Below the pieces are notes generated by a model. The model saw only the letters and a list, made by a program, of their open reading frames with translations. It did no database searches and was not told where the DNA came from. Positions 22,999 through 34,387 of a stretch of DNA of 64,000 bases are shown one piece after another (the first letter of the stretch is position 1; the number at the start of each line of letters is the position of its first letter). Origin of the DNA: Pachysolen tannophilus NRRL Y-2460 (taxonomy: Eukaryota); the NCBI GenBank assembly GCA_001661245.1, contig KV454011.1, positions 523,498-587,497 of the forward strand, given 5' to 3'. The translations under genes were made by a program, and so were the position numbers.

Positions 22999-24600
22999 TT
23001 AATCTTTGTCCTTTTCTCCATCTTCTTCGTCATCTTCAGCACCACTTCTATCTCTGTCGTAAAATTCGTCCAAGATTTTTGGAGAAATTCTGTTCAACAT
23101 TTCCTTTGGATAAATTCTCAATAATGACCAAGCTTGATCTAAACTTTCAAAAATTGTTCTATCTTCATAAGCACCTTGACTAATAAAAGTTTTTTCAAAT
23201 TTTTCCAAAAATTCTAAAGATAATTTATCCTCAATACTTAATGCTTCTTCTCCAACAACTGCTTTCATTGCTGCTGCGTCTCTTCCAATAGCATATTTGG
23301 CATATAATTGATTAGAAACATCACCATGATCTTTTCTAGTCATTCCTTCACCAATGGCACTTTTCATTAATCTGGATAATGAAGGTAAGACATTGATAGG
23401 TGGATAAATACCACGGTTATTTAAAGGACGATCAATGAATATTTGCCCCTCAGTGATATAACCTGTTAAATCAGGAATTGGATGGGTTATATCATCGTTT
23501 GGCATTGTTAAAATTGGAATTTGAGTAATTGAACCATTTCTACCTTCAACTCTACCAGCTCTTTCATAAATTGTTGATAAATCCGTGTACATATAACCAG
23601 GATAACCTCTTCTACCTGGAACTTCTTCTCTTGCAGCAGAAACTTCTCTTAAAGCATCAGCATAAGATGACATATCAGTTAAAATTGTTAAAACGTGACG
23701 TTCGGTTTGATATGCTAAATATTCAGCAGTAGTTAAAGCAAGACGTGGAGTGATAATTCTTTCAATAGTTGGATCATTTGCCAAATTTAAAAATAAAGAA
23801 GTTCTCTCTAAAGAACCATTTTCTTCAAAATCTTGTTTGAAAAATCTTGAAGTTTCTAAATTAACACCCATAGCTGCAAATACAATCGAGAAATTTTCTT
23901 CATGACCATCATGAACATCTTTAGTTGGTCTAACCAAGCCTGCTTGTCGACAAATTTGAGCAGCAATTTCATTATGCGGTAAACCAGAAGCTGAAAAAAT
24001 TGGAATTTTTTGACCTCTTGCAATAGAATTCATAGTATCGATTGCAGAAATACCTGTTGATATCATTTCTTCAGGGTAAATTCTAGCATATGGATTAATA
24101 GGAGAACCATTGATATCCAAATAATCTTCAGCAAAAACTTTTGGACCATTATCAATCGGTCTACCAGAACCATCAAAAATTCTTCCTAACAGATCCTCTG
24201 AAACAGCAATCTTCAAGTTTTCACCTGTAAATTCAACTCTAGTCTTTTTAACATCAATACCAGAAGTTCCTTCAAAAACTTGGACAACAGCTCTATCACC
24301 CCTGACTTCTAAAACCTGACCTGCTCTAACAGTTCCATCTGGAAGAGTCAAATTAACAATTTCGTTAAAACGAGGAAATTTGACATTTTGTAAAATCACT
24401 AATGGTCCATTAATACCTCCAACAGTGTTATAATTGATACGAGGCTTAATTTTAAAGCTATTAGTAACAGCCTTTTTATTTATCGCAACTAATAATCATC
24501 ATGATAGCAATGTTAGTATATGTCCTAATAATTTAAATTTGATAGTCATTTAAGACGTATTCGTTTTATATTACTTACAAAGTTCTTCATCGGTCAACAT
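22999..24600 (-). CDS. VMA2: V-ATPase V1 subunit B, 503 aa; exons 24600-24579 and 24488-22999
   Basis: Near-identical to Vma2. Splicing a 90-nt intron restores MLTDEELFAINKKAV. Confidence 0.98.
24489..24578 (-). other. Spliceosomal intron of VMA2
   Basis: GTAAGT donor, TACTAAC at 24518-24512, TAG acceptor; reading frame restored. Confidence 0.95.
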
Positions 24601-25207
24601 TCTTGAATAATTATGATAGAAAATGTGCAATCTTTTTTAAAAAAAGGCAAGAGTTTTTTTACTTTTTTTTTTTTTAATTCAATTCAATTCTTTTTCAATG
24701 ACAATTATTAATTCTCAACAATCCAATCTAATTGATTTATCTGGATATTTATAAAACTCAAATCCATATATCAGTATTAAATTAATAATATCTTCCAATT
24801 GAAATGTATTATTATAATATATTTTTTGCTTTTTGGCCTTTAGGAAAATATATTTTCCATTAAGCAGCCACCCGTGTACTTTAGAGCAAGATTAATGATC
24901 AAATTTACACCAAATTAAATTTATTTAAAAGACAAGAAAACACACAATTGTAAAGTCACTAGGTTAAAAGAGTTCTCAATTACCGTTTACAATTGAAATA
25001 GACTTGGAAACTACAACATTCACATAGAGATCACTCTTGTGTTCTGTCTTTTTTTAATATCTCTGGAACTATGACTGAAACTTGGTGAGTATATTGATAA
25101 CACAAACACTACCATAGTTTTATTCTTAAGCCAAAAGCTCTATTACTATTACTATTACTATTACTATTAATTACTATTATTATTATTACCTATACTTTAG
25201 AAATCCT

Positions 25208-27289
25208 CTAGATAACTTGCCAATTATCTTCTCCATTTTTAGCATTATCCGTTTTGCTAGCCTTGTATCTGTTATTTGCATTGTTGGAGACCCTTTCATC
25301 ATCAAAAAATACTGTCTTATTGTTTCGTTCGCCATTAGAATTACCATTATTACTATTATTACTATTATTATTATTATTACCATTACTATTACTATCACGA
25401 CCAGTTGCTCGGGTATCGTTTAATCTTGTAGTTACGCCACCATTTACCAATAACAACTTATCCTGATCGCTGTTTTTGCTTCTTCTATAATCATTAGTAA
25501 TTTTAGTGTGGTTTTTATTGGTGTTTCCACCCCTTTTGTCATCATTACGAGTAGCAGTAAGTATGTCTCTTCCATTACTAATTTTTTTATTATTATTTTC
25601 ATCATTTTCATCAACTTGTGATTGTTGTTGCAACCTTAAGAGTCTAATGTCATTCGATAAATATTCGTGAATTTTAGAAGATAAATAATTCAAATTTAAT
25701 AATTTTTTCATACTTTCTCCAGTTTGTTTGAACTCTCGTTTGATTGATTCGTTATCGCTGTTAATTTTTTCAGTATCGTCTTCTTCTTCTGCTTTCCAGA
25801 AATTTTCCTCTGAAGATGAAGATTCCAAATTAATAATACTTCTAGTACTTTCATCCTCTGAAGTTATCTTTGTTCTTCTCCAAAAATTGAAAAATGACAT
25901 TTTGGAATTATTTTTGATCAATGAATTGACATTTGATTTTTCTTGTAAATCAGTATTATTCCTTCCAAGAACTTTTTCATCTTCTTTTCTTAAATTTGAA
26001 TTAAGATTATTAAAGGAATCAAAATCTTCACCATAAATTAATCTCCAAATTAATTTATCAATTCTTAAAATACTCTGGAAATTTATTAAAAAATTAAAAT
26101 CAAGTTCCACATGATCATTTAAAGAATTTGAATAATAAGCAATTAAAATAATTAAATCAATCAATAAACAACTTAACCCTTTTACAAACATCATTAATTG
26201 TAAATCATTAATCTCTAAAAAAAATTGTTTCTTCTTATCTTGAATGTTATTTTTATTATTCTTATCTTTTTCCTTATCTTGATCCTTATTTTTATTTTTA
26301 TCTGATTTTCTAATAATTTTTGGAAGGTATAAAGGATAACATTCTCCACTAACTTGATTTATTAAAACTGGTTTATTAATCTCAAATAAAAAATCGATTT
26401 TTCTATTGTTCTTCTTTAAAATTTTTTTGTTTATATTTAAGATAAAATTTTCATTTGGAAATAAAATTAATTCAAAAGGTAACGCTATTAATAAATATTG
26501 AGATGTCAATTTAGTAAATTTTGTTAACACTTCCAACGATGCATTTATAATCACTGGTGAATAATTTATATAGTGGGTTATTGGTATTATTGGTACAAAT
26601 GACATTGTTAAAATTATATTATCATTCTTTTCATTATTTATAATAGTATTATTATATTTAATCCTTTTGATAACAAATAAATTTATCAATTCTTGAAATA
26701 ATTTCAATTTAGAATTATACAACATTTTTTTCCCATTTGCCAATTTTTCATTTTTAATTAATTCAGTATTTTCTTGTAAATTGTTTTTCAAATCATTATA
26801 ACGTGAATTCAATTTCAAACTAATATCCCTATTTGATTTCAGTTTATTAGCATTCGCCACCTTTAAAGCATTGGCTCTTTTCAACACTTCACTATTTCTT
26901 GTCTTGATGCGTTCAATATTCTCTCTCAATTCCAGTAAGCTGTTATTACACTGGATAATTTCAATATTTAACAACTGTTGAGATAATTTAGCAACTTGAT
27001 CTATAGAAGGATGGGGTATATTGTTCTCGTATAATAATCCAACCAATTTTGGATCTTCATCAAGCTCTTTTTTCTTCAAATAGCCATTGATAAAATTATA
27101 AGCATTCTCATTAATACAATTACTCAAAATATTATTAATTTCCCGTATCGATAGCTTATTAATACAACTAATATTGATCAAACTTAATCTCAACTTCAAC
27201 AAACTATAATTGACACACGAACAACAATACAACTTATTATTCTCGCTATTATTTATATGACATATATTGCAATATATTGGATCCATCAT
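25208..27289 (-). CDS. ATG14: Autophagy PI3K complex I subunit
   Basis: N-terminal CxxC...CxxC (CNICH...YCCSC) followed by LLKLRL coiled coil; next to VMA2 as in S. cerevisiae; Asn-rich tail. Confidence 0.75.
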   Translation of the reverse strand: MMDPIYCNICHINNSENNKLYCCSCVNYSLLKLRLSLINISCINKLSIREINNILSNCINENAYNFINGYLKKKELDEDPKLVGLLYENNIPHPSIDQVAKLSQQLLNIEIIQCNNSLLELRENIERIKTRNSEVLKRANALKVANANKLKSNRDISLKLNSRYNDLKNNLQENTELIKNEKLANGKKMLYNSKLKLFQELINLFVIKRIKYNNTIINNEKNDNIILTMSFVPIIPITHYINYSPVIINASLEVLTKFTKLTSQYLLIALPFELILFPNENFILNINKKILKKNNRKIDFLFEINKPVLINQVSGECYPLYLPKIIRKSDKNKNKDQDKEKDKNNKNNIQDKKKQFFLEINDLQLMMFVKGLSCLLIDLIILIAYYSNSLNDHVELDFNFLINFQSILRIDKLIWRLIYGEDFDSFNNLNSNLRKEDEKVLGRNNTDLQEKSNVNSLIKNNSKMSFFNFWRRTKITSEDESTRSIINLESSSSEENFWKAEEEDDTEKINSDNESIKREFKQTGESMKKLLNLNYLSSKIHEYLSNDIRLLRLQQQSQVDENDENNNKKISNGRDILTATRNDDKRGGNTNKNHTKITNDYRRSKNSDQDKLLLVNGGVTTRLNDTRATGRDSNSNGNNNNNSNNSNNGNSNGERNNKTVFFDDERVSNNANNRYKASKTDNAKNGEDNWQVI

Positions 27290-27475
27290 CCAATTCAATT
27301 GACCATCACTTAGACTTCACATATATATTACTCACAATTAACCAAATTCACATAAATTCATATATATACCATATATATATAAATTATATATATATATGAT
27401 TAAAAGAAAGAAGTTCCCCAGTTTGTTATATTAGATGGGGGATTAAACTCTTTATGCACCACCAAATCACCATAC

Positions 27476-27562
27476 TTCCTAAAAGGGAAACACCCAAAAA
27501 CAGAAAAAAAGCCTTTCAACTTCCTATTACGGTAATGGTGTGGCGGTTTCCTAAAAAGGAAA
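27476..27562. promoter_or_regulatory. Cluster of three Mcm1-like CC-N6-GG sites
   Basis: TTCCTAAAAGGGAAA (27476), TTCCTATTACGGTAA (27521), TTTCCTAAAAAGGAAA (27547). Confidence 0.65.
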
Positions 27563-27816
27563 CATGATGAGCCACAGATGGGTTATTCATTAATACCTGC
27601 ATATTGTTCGGAAGTCCTGTTGTTTAAAATTTTTCATTATAGAGGAAAGAGCTTTATAGATATATATATATATATATAGTTATATGTAGTTTGGATTAAA
27701 AGTTGTCCTTTCCCCAAGGATTGCAAATAATTTTTTCAACTGTCTGTGCTGAGGTGAGGTGTTGTGGTAAGGAAAAAGGGATGACGTCGAGTTGTTCAGC
27801 TTTGTGCTGTAAGAAT

Positions 27817-28956
27817 ATGTTTGAGCCGTTGCGAATTGCTCTCTTGGGAGATTCCGGTTCAGGAAAATCTACATTTCAACTAAAGCTTTCTACTAATCAG
27901 TTTGTTGAAACTTATTATCCAACAAGTACAACAACACCAACAATATTTGAGTTTTTGCCACAAGGTTCTAACTCGAGATTGATTTTAAGTGGTGACGATG
28001 ACTTGAAGATTGGAGAAATTGAGCAACATTCAAATTTAATATTATCACCTTTATATTTTCAAAAAGATAACAACAAAAATAAAAAAACAGGAATCAATTT
28101 AGTTGATTCTAAAGTAAGATCCAAGAATCCGTATTATGATGTGATATATGAACAAGAGAGACATGTTCCCGGGAATGAGGAACCTTCTCTGTTGATCACT
28201 CCAATGTTGGTAGAAATAATTGATACCCCACCTTTCAAACCGGATCAAATTGTTCCCTTCTTAGAGGCATCGCTTGATATTAAGTTACCTCCAGATATTT
28301 TACATAACTTAGCTAATGAACCGAGAAGAGATCATTCTGCTAAGCCATTGATTGTAGCAAGTGGTGCACATGAATTAAATGGGAAAGTTGATGGTTATTT
28401 ATTAATGTATAGTTCAGTCCCAAGTTTAAATCCACCTACTTATGAACTGATTCAAAGCTCTTCCAACAATAATGAAGGACATAATACAGATCCAATTGCA
28501 TTGTTAAAAGTAATGAGAGCTGCATTAATTGATGCCTGGAAAGAATATGTAAATTATAAGACAAGTTGGGAAAAAGGTGCTGAAACAGATGTTTTTTCAT
28601 TGATTTATTCGGTAAAATCATTATGGAAAAAAAATAAAATTTTAAGAAATGAACAGAAAAAAGCTGCTAAAGAACGTCATGAATATCATGATGATAATGA
28701 TAACAATAGAGAAACTTTTATGGAAGATGAAGATTCGGTAAACCCAGAGACTTTACCACCAATTACAATTGTGTGCACTAATGCGGATAGTAAATATAAA
28801 TCACCAATTTTAATTGAAGAAGGTAAAAAATTGGCAAAATCTTGGAAATGTGGGTTTGCAGAAATTAGCAGTTTAACGAATGAAAACGTAGAAGAATGCT
28901 TAAGCATAATTATTAGGCAAGTGGTTGAAAAAGAATTATTTCATGGTAAAGATTAA
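27817..28956 (+). CDS. Atypical Ras-superfamily small GTPase
   Basis: G1 GDSGSGKST, G2 YYPT, altered G3 DTPP, altered G4 TNAD, G5 EISS; long inserts; no CaaX. Alternative ATG at 27781. Confidence 0.8.
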   Translation: MFEPLRIALLGDSGSGKSTFQLKLSTNQFVETYYPTSTTTPTIFEFLPQGSNSRLILSGDDDLKIGEIEQHSNLILSPLYFQKDNNKNKKTGINLVDSKVRSKNPYYDVIYEQERHVPGNEEPSLLITPMLVEIIDTPPFKPDQIVPFLEASLDIKLPPDILHNLANEPRRDHSAKPLIVASGAHELNGKVDGYLLMYSSVPSLNPPTYELIQSSSNNNEGHNTDPIALLKVMRAALIDAWKEYVNYKTSWEKGAETDVFSLIYSVKSLWKKNKILRNEQKKAAKERHEYHDDNDNNRETFMEDEDSVNPETLPPITIVCTNADSKYKSPILIEEGKKLAKSWKCGFAEISSLTNENVEECLSIIIRQVVEKELFHGKD

Positions 28957-29089
28957 AATTGCATATAATTAGGGTAGTATAGATAATTTTTTTTTTAAAA
29001 AAATATTTTTACATTTATTTATATATTATATTGATAGCATTCAATTATTAATTATTTATACAATATTACACATTATAAAAAGAAATCTT

Positions 29090-32000
29090 TTATTTCTCTC
29101 TAGGTTGAATCAAACAACTCAACTTCCAAGCTCTGTCATCATCATTTAATTTCAATTGCTTGACTTTCCATAATTCTAATAATATCATTTCTTGTAAAGG
29201 CAATACTGGATAAATATAATTGTTATCAGGTGTAAAATTTGTTCTTGAAAATCGAGCCCCTAAAATGTTAGAATTTTTCTTGTTTTTCTTAGGACTTGAA
29301 GGTACCAGCGATGCTTCAGTAATCAGATAATACTTTTGAATAAATTGAAGGTCACCAATAATCTTAGTGATTTTGAAATACTTGTCAATGTTAATTAATT
29401 TCTGACTCAAGAAAGTGTTTGATGGCCTGTAATTTGAATTACCTTCCACAACAAAAGTTAAATCTTGTAAAAAGAGGTTCAAATATGGAATAAATCTGAT
29501 ATTCTTATGTTTTTTAGCTAAAATTTTCTTCAAAATCTTTCTATATATCAGATAGTTCTTTTCAGGATGAATCACTTTGCACAATCTTTCAAAAATCTTT
29601 AAATGGTTTTGATCCAAGTTAGACCATATTCTGGAACATCTACTAATCAAGAAGTTTTGTAACGATATCACAATAGAAGCCAATGAGTTAAAATTGTTCA
29701 AACACAATAACGACTGAGAGATTTGTAACCACTTCTTTAAAATTTCACACCTCTGTTTAATCGTCAAGTTTTCCTGTAACAAAGTCTCTATGACGTATTC
29801 CGACAAAGCATTAGTGAACAGTAAAGACTTGTTAATATTCGGAGATAATTTCAAGTAAAGCTTTTTCTCAGCAAAATTAGAATCCAATAATTCTTCTATT
29901 TTGATTTTTCGGAAAATATTGGATTCGATGATAGTCAACTGCTTTGAAATTTCAATCTCATTGAATTCTAGCAAATGGCTTGGTTTCAATGACAGCGGTA
30001 ACTTGAAACGTTCATTAATCAAAACCGACCAGCTTTCAAAAAAGCTTGAAGTTGAAGAATGTGGCTTCCAATGACGTGTTGTTAAAAATTGCCTGTAAGC
30101 CAAATTGATGGTTTCAATATTGCTCAATTGACTCTTTGATAACGAAGTACCATAATTACTACTACCGCTACTGTTACTCAACAATGATTTAATAGAATTT
30201 GAAGACGATGAACCAGAATCAGTTATGTACAAACTTCCCAATTTCTCATCGTTATTAAGCGAAGACGATAAAGATATCATAGAGAATCTGTCATTGTCAT
30301 TATCATCATCATCTATGGTGTCATTTTTACCTAAAACCAAAATATCTCTTTCTACCAACTGTTTAACATCTTTCTCAGGTTCCTTAACATTCATGTTTTC
30401 TACCGGTAAAGAAGATGAAGAAATGATTTTTGCAATTGTTTCTATCAATTTCACCGATTCTAGGGGTAAGTAATTCGAAACTCCTTCACTTATAAAATTC
30501 AATAACGTTGTCAATATCTTGAAATGTTCGATGTTCTTATAATTCCAATATGAACATAACCAGATATTCAAAATCTTCACTATCAACTTCCTCCTACTTT
30601 TAAATCTAGATTCCAAAGAAGAATACATGTTATCACTGTTAGACTTTTGCTCATTGGATAAAAAGGTATTTGACAAATCAAATCTATCAATCAAACAGTC
30701 CAATAACTCTTCACTTGATCCAAAAAATTTATAATTTATGAAGAAAGTGGATATCAATAGTTCTTCGTTCATAGAGGTTCTGTCACTATTTGACATCAAC
30801 TCATCAGTCATTAAAAATATTAATCCTCTAAATGAAGTACCAATTATATGACCATCCTGGTCTTTCATGATTTCATTTGACACGTTATTCCTGTAATATG
30901 GATTATCTTTAATATCTTTGTTAGCATTACCACTGTCAGTGAAATCTTTGAAAATTTCGTCATTATTAAATAGAGGACTGGAAGTAGAAATGTTTGGTAA
31001 CTGTTCCAAATAAAATTCGATTCCTTCTTCATCCAACATCAAAGAACCAGTTTTACCACTTCTCAATGTTGAAAATCTTTTACGTTTGTTTTTGGAGTCT
31101 CCTCCGCTTCTTGAACCAATTTTGTGATCTCTAGATTCAAATTCTTTAGAATTGATTAATCCTACCGTCAACTTCTTTATAAATTCCTCAGGTTCAATTT
31201 TCAACTGTGTAAAATCAACGTAACTTCTTTTAGAAGATAATTCCAAATTCTTATTGTGAACTTTTTTCTGTAATAAAAATTTCAAAAACGATGAAATATG
31301 TATTGATTTGGCAATCATTTTTGATGAAATATCTATTAATTTAGCACCTGTCTCGGTATAGTAATAAATTTCTTCATCATTACGTTTTGGAACATTATAG
31401 ATAAGATTTCTAGATTCTTGTTCGCTGTTTTTAATAAAGTCACCTTCGAATTTAATAAAATTTCTAATCAAACCTTCCAAGTCAAGCATATAATTTTTCA
31501 AAACTTTTTTATGACTCAAATTTTCCTCAGTTTTAACCAAAATTTCCAAAAATTTAGATCCAATATTAGACAATTCCTTCCATAGCAATAGGATATGATG
31601 GGTGAGAATTTCCAATAATTTATAACCCATTGCATTGTGTTCTATCAAATCCATCCTACCTATAATGAGACATAAATATGATACCAAGATATTTGAAATC
31701 TCATATAGTCTTTCACGTATATCCGGTGGTTGTGATAATAACGGAATATTATTAAAATCATATTTAAACTTGTTGAATCCAACAGTTTTTGTTTGTGATT
31801 CTCCGACGAACAATTCATTTTGAATGTTTGGATATTCTACATTCCAAATATCCAAAAATATTATAGATTTCTTCAAAACTTTATAGACGTATAATTCCAA
31901 GACTTCAATCTTAGTTAAATCAACAGTATTTCTATAATCTTTTGCCCTTTCCATTAATTTGTACCAATCTTGTAATAATTGTTTTCTAAGCTTCCTAATG

Positions 32001-33928
32001 GCAGATTTCTTTTGTACTATTATGCTGTGTCTACTTAAACATTTAGTTTTTTCTAATAATTCCCTTACACCATCTCGTACTTCGTTAATATATGAAGTTT
32101 GGAAAGAATAACCTAATAATTCTCCCGAGTTTGACGAATATATTGGTTTATCTTGAGGATTTAATAAAAATTTCCCACAAGCTTTGAATAATGGTTTCAA
32201 AGGCCTTTTAGTTGGATCATCTATTGTTACTTTAAAATAATTCATTGGAATCCAACCTCTATTTAGATTGTCATCTAGAAGCGTGACCTCACCCCAACCA
32301 GTCTTGTCAACCAAGTGAATGAAGGCAACAACATCTTTCGTGAAAGATAAACAAATCGATGCATCACTAGTAGATTCTAATTGACTCGAATTAAATGGAT
32401 GTGTTGCTGTGATGAAAAGTACAGACAAATCATCGTTCTTATCAATTTCATGTTCTTGGGACGCTTTAGCTGTGCTAATACTTGTAGAAGAATAATTTTG
32501 TGATTCTCTTTTAGAAATATTTGAGAAATTCTGTTTCAAGTTTCCCTGCTGAGTATGAGTACGTTGTTGAAGCCATGTTTTGTGAACAGGAACAGAAACA
32601 GGTGTTTCTTTGCGTTCTTGCTCTTGCTCTTTCTCTTGCTCTTGTTCTTGCTCTTGATCATGTTCTTGTTCTTGTTCTTGTTCTTGTTTTTCCTTATTGA
32701 ACTTGCTTATTTCTTCGAAATCACCTTCTTCTTGAGTTGATGGTGGAGTTATCAATTCATCTTTTATCAATTCACTTGACACAATATAATCATTTATTTT
32801 TTCCGTGAATTTGGTTGAATTAAGGTCAGATTCCTTACTTGGTTCTACCTGCGGTTGTGGCTTATATACATGATACAATTCTTCCTCTTCTTCCTCCTGC
32901 TCATTATCATCATTATCATTATCATATTTTCTCTCATTTAAATTTTGTTGTTGAACCTTGTTCACTTGGATTAATTTTACATCACTTCCCTGTCTTGTGA
33001 AATATTCATCATAGCCTATTAAACCTTGACCTTGATCATTATTCATTGAAGTTAAATCTTCTGGTTCAACAACACTTGATCTGTTTAATCTTTGTATTAA
33101 TCTATTTTTCAAAAATAACCTCTTATTTTGTTTTTTATTATGATTATTCTGGTCATTGGTGGTTGTGTTTGTTGCTGTTACAGGTGGATTAGGCAGAGGT
33201 CTTAACGGTTGAAGTGAAGAATATTTTTCAAAACCATGTTTATCCACAATTGGAGTCTTATCGTTATCAACTTCGTCAGCTTCATCAACTTCTTCTATAG
33301 CAAATTGTTTTACATTAGACATTCTTATACCATTGGCGTTACCCCTATCATCACCATCAGAATCAGAATCAAACGGATTCCCATATACAGACGAAGTTGT
33401 TGTATTAAAAGTCATATTCGAGACATGTTTTTGGTAGCTTATATCGTTACTGTCATTCAAATTTTCAGTATCAACTGTAGTATTTGCAAGTTCATCTTCT
33501 TCCACATCTAGATCAAAGTCACCTAAATTCGAACTTGATGAAAAAATAGTGCTTTCAGACTTGGTGCTTGATACGTTTCTATTATGACCTTGTTGTCCTT
33601 TCAAATTCAAAGATGATAAAGATGATTTTTTCTTAATATTCAACGGTAATATCTTATAGTTGTTATCCACAAAATGAGGCCTTCCACTACTAATACCGCC
33701 ATCACCATTACCATTACTATTAGCAGCTGCTGCTGCAGTTGCTGCTGCATTAACCTCTTTAATTTTTAAAGGTCTTACCTGGTGTAAACCCATAGAATCA
33801 ATCGATTGAGCAGGACTCTCTTGCGGATACGTCTCTAAATCACCTGTGTTCAACTTGGGAGTCTTGGCTTCGAACGTAAACTCCCCATTTTCACCACTAT
33901 TATCATTCTTCTTAAGCGCCGACAACAT
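29090..33928 (-). CDS. BUD5: SH3 + RasGEF_N + CDC25-type RasGEF, Bud5-like
   Basis: SH3-like CLSF...TGWGEVTL...RGWIPMNY; GEF motifs ISKQLTIIE, LNNFNSLASI, FIPYLNLFLQDLTF, INIDKY. Confidence 0.75.
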   Translation of the reverse strand: MLSALKKNDNSGENGEFTFEAKTPKLNTGDLETYPQESPAQSIDSMGLHQVRPLKIKEVNAAATAAAAANSNGNGDGGISSGRPHFVDNNYKILPLNIKKKSSLSSLNLKGQQGHNRNVSSTKSESTIFSSSSNLGDFDLDVEEDELANTTVDTENLNDSNDISYQKHVSNMTFNTTTSSVYGNPFDSDSDGDDRGNANGIRMSNVKQFAIEEVDEADEVDNDKTPIVDKHGFEKYSSLQPLRPLPNPPVTATNTTTNDQNNHNKKQNKRLFLKNRLIQRLNRSSVVEPEDLTSMNNDQGQGLIGYDEYFTRQGSDVKLIQVNKVQQQNLNERKYDNDNDDNEQEEEEEELYHVYKPQPQVEPSKESDLNSTKFTEKINDYIVSSELIKDELITPPSTQEEGDFEEISKFNKEKQEQEQEQEHDQEQEQEQEKEQEQERKETPVSVPVHKTWLQQRTHTQQGNLKQNFSNISKRESQNYSSTSISTAKASQEHEIDKNDDLSVLFITATHPFNSSQLESTSDASICLSFTKDVVAFIHLVDKTGWGEVTLLDDNLNRGWIPMNYFKVTIDDPTKRPLKPLFKACGKFLLNPQDKPIYSSNSGELLGYSFQTSYINEVRDGVRELLEKTKCLSRHSIIVQKKSAIRKLRKQLLQDWYKLMERAKDYRNTVDLTKIEVLELYVYKVLKKSIIFLDIWNVEYPNIQNELFVGESQTKTVGFNKFKYDFNNIPLLSQPPDIRERLYEISNILVSYLCLIIGRMDLIEHNAMGYKLLEILTHHILLLWKELSNIGSKFLEILVKTEENLSHKKVLKNYMLDLEGLIRNFIKFEGDFIKNSEQESRNLIYNVPKRNDEEIYYYTETGAKLIDISSKMIAKSIHISSFLKFLLQKKVHNKNLELSSKRSYVDFTQLKIEPEEFIKKLTVGLINSKEFESRDHKIGSRSGGDSKNKRKRFSTLRSGKTGSLMLDEEGIEFYLEQLPNISTSSPLFNNDEIFKDFTDSGNANKDIKDNPYYRNNVSNEIMKDQDGHIIGTSFRGLIFLMTDELMSNSDRTSMNEELLISTFFINYKFFGSSEELLDCLIDRFDLSNTFLSNEQKSNSDNMYSSLESRFKSRRKLIVKILNIWLCSYWNYKNIEHFKILTTLLNFISEGVSNYLPLESVKLIETIAKIISSSSLPVENMNVKEPEKDVKQLVERDILVLGKNDTIDDDDNDNDRFSMISLSSSLNNDEKLGSLYITDSGSSSSNSIKSLLSNSSGSSNYGTSLSKSQLSNIETINLAYRQFLTTRHWKPHSSTSSFFESWSVLINERFKLPLSLKPSHLLEFNEIEISKQLTIIESNIFRKIKIEELLDSNFAEKKLYLKLSPNINKSLLFTNALSEYVIETLLQENLTIKQRCEILKKWLQISQSLLCLNNFNSLASIVISLQNFLISRCSRIWSNLDQNHLKIFERLCKVIHPEKNYLIYRKILKKILAKKHKNIRFIPYLNLFLQDLTFVVEGNSNYRPSNTFLSQKLINIDKYFKITKIIGDLQFIQKYYLITEASLVPSSPKKNKKNSNILGARFSRTNFTPDNNYIYPVLPLQEMILLELWKVKQLKLNDDDRAWKLSCLIQPREK

Positions 33929-34387
33929 AATTCACTTTAGACGCGTAAACTAACAATAATAATTAATGGGCAAACCAAACCAAACCAAACCAAACTAAAA
34001 TAAAATTAAAAAAAAAAAAACTAAAAGAGAACCCGCCGTTGTAATAAAATCACTATTCTCCTTATTAAAACCGTTTATTCAATAATCTAACAAGTAAATA
34101 ACGAACGATAATCATACACACACTAGAAAGCTCCCACCAACAAACATGTATATAATTAATATAATTAATTATTAAATTATTAATTTGTTGTAAAGTTCAT
34201 TTACGCTTAAAATTAACGTATCTTTTTTGATGTAATTTTTGAGTAGAAGAAAAAAAAGAAAAAAAATTTTCTTTTTTTTTTTTTTCTTTTTTATTAACAA
34301 ATTGGAATTAATTAATTGATATTGGCGGTATATACGGTTTGTATATATTGATCTAGAGATTGTAGATAGATAGGATTAGTGTCAGGG

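Noticed and set aside
33941..33946. MCB element ACGCGT upstream of BUD5
   Set aside because: A single copy only 13 nt from the ATG, probably inside the 5' UTR.
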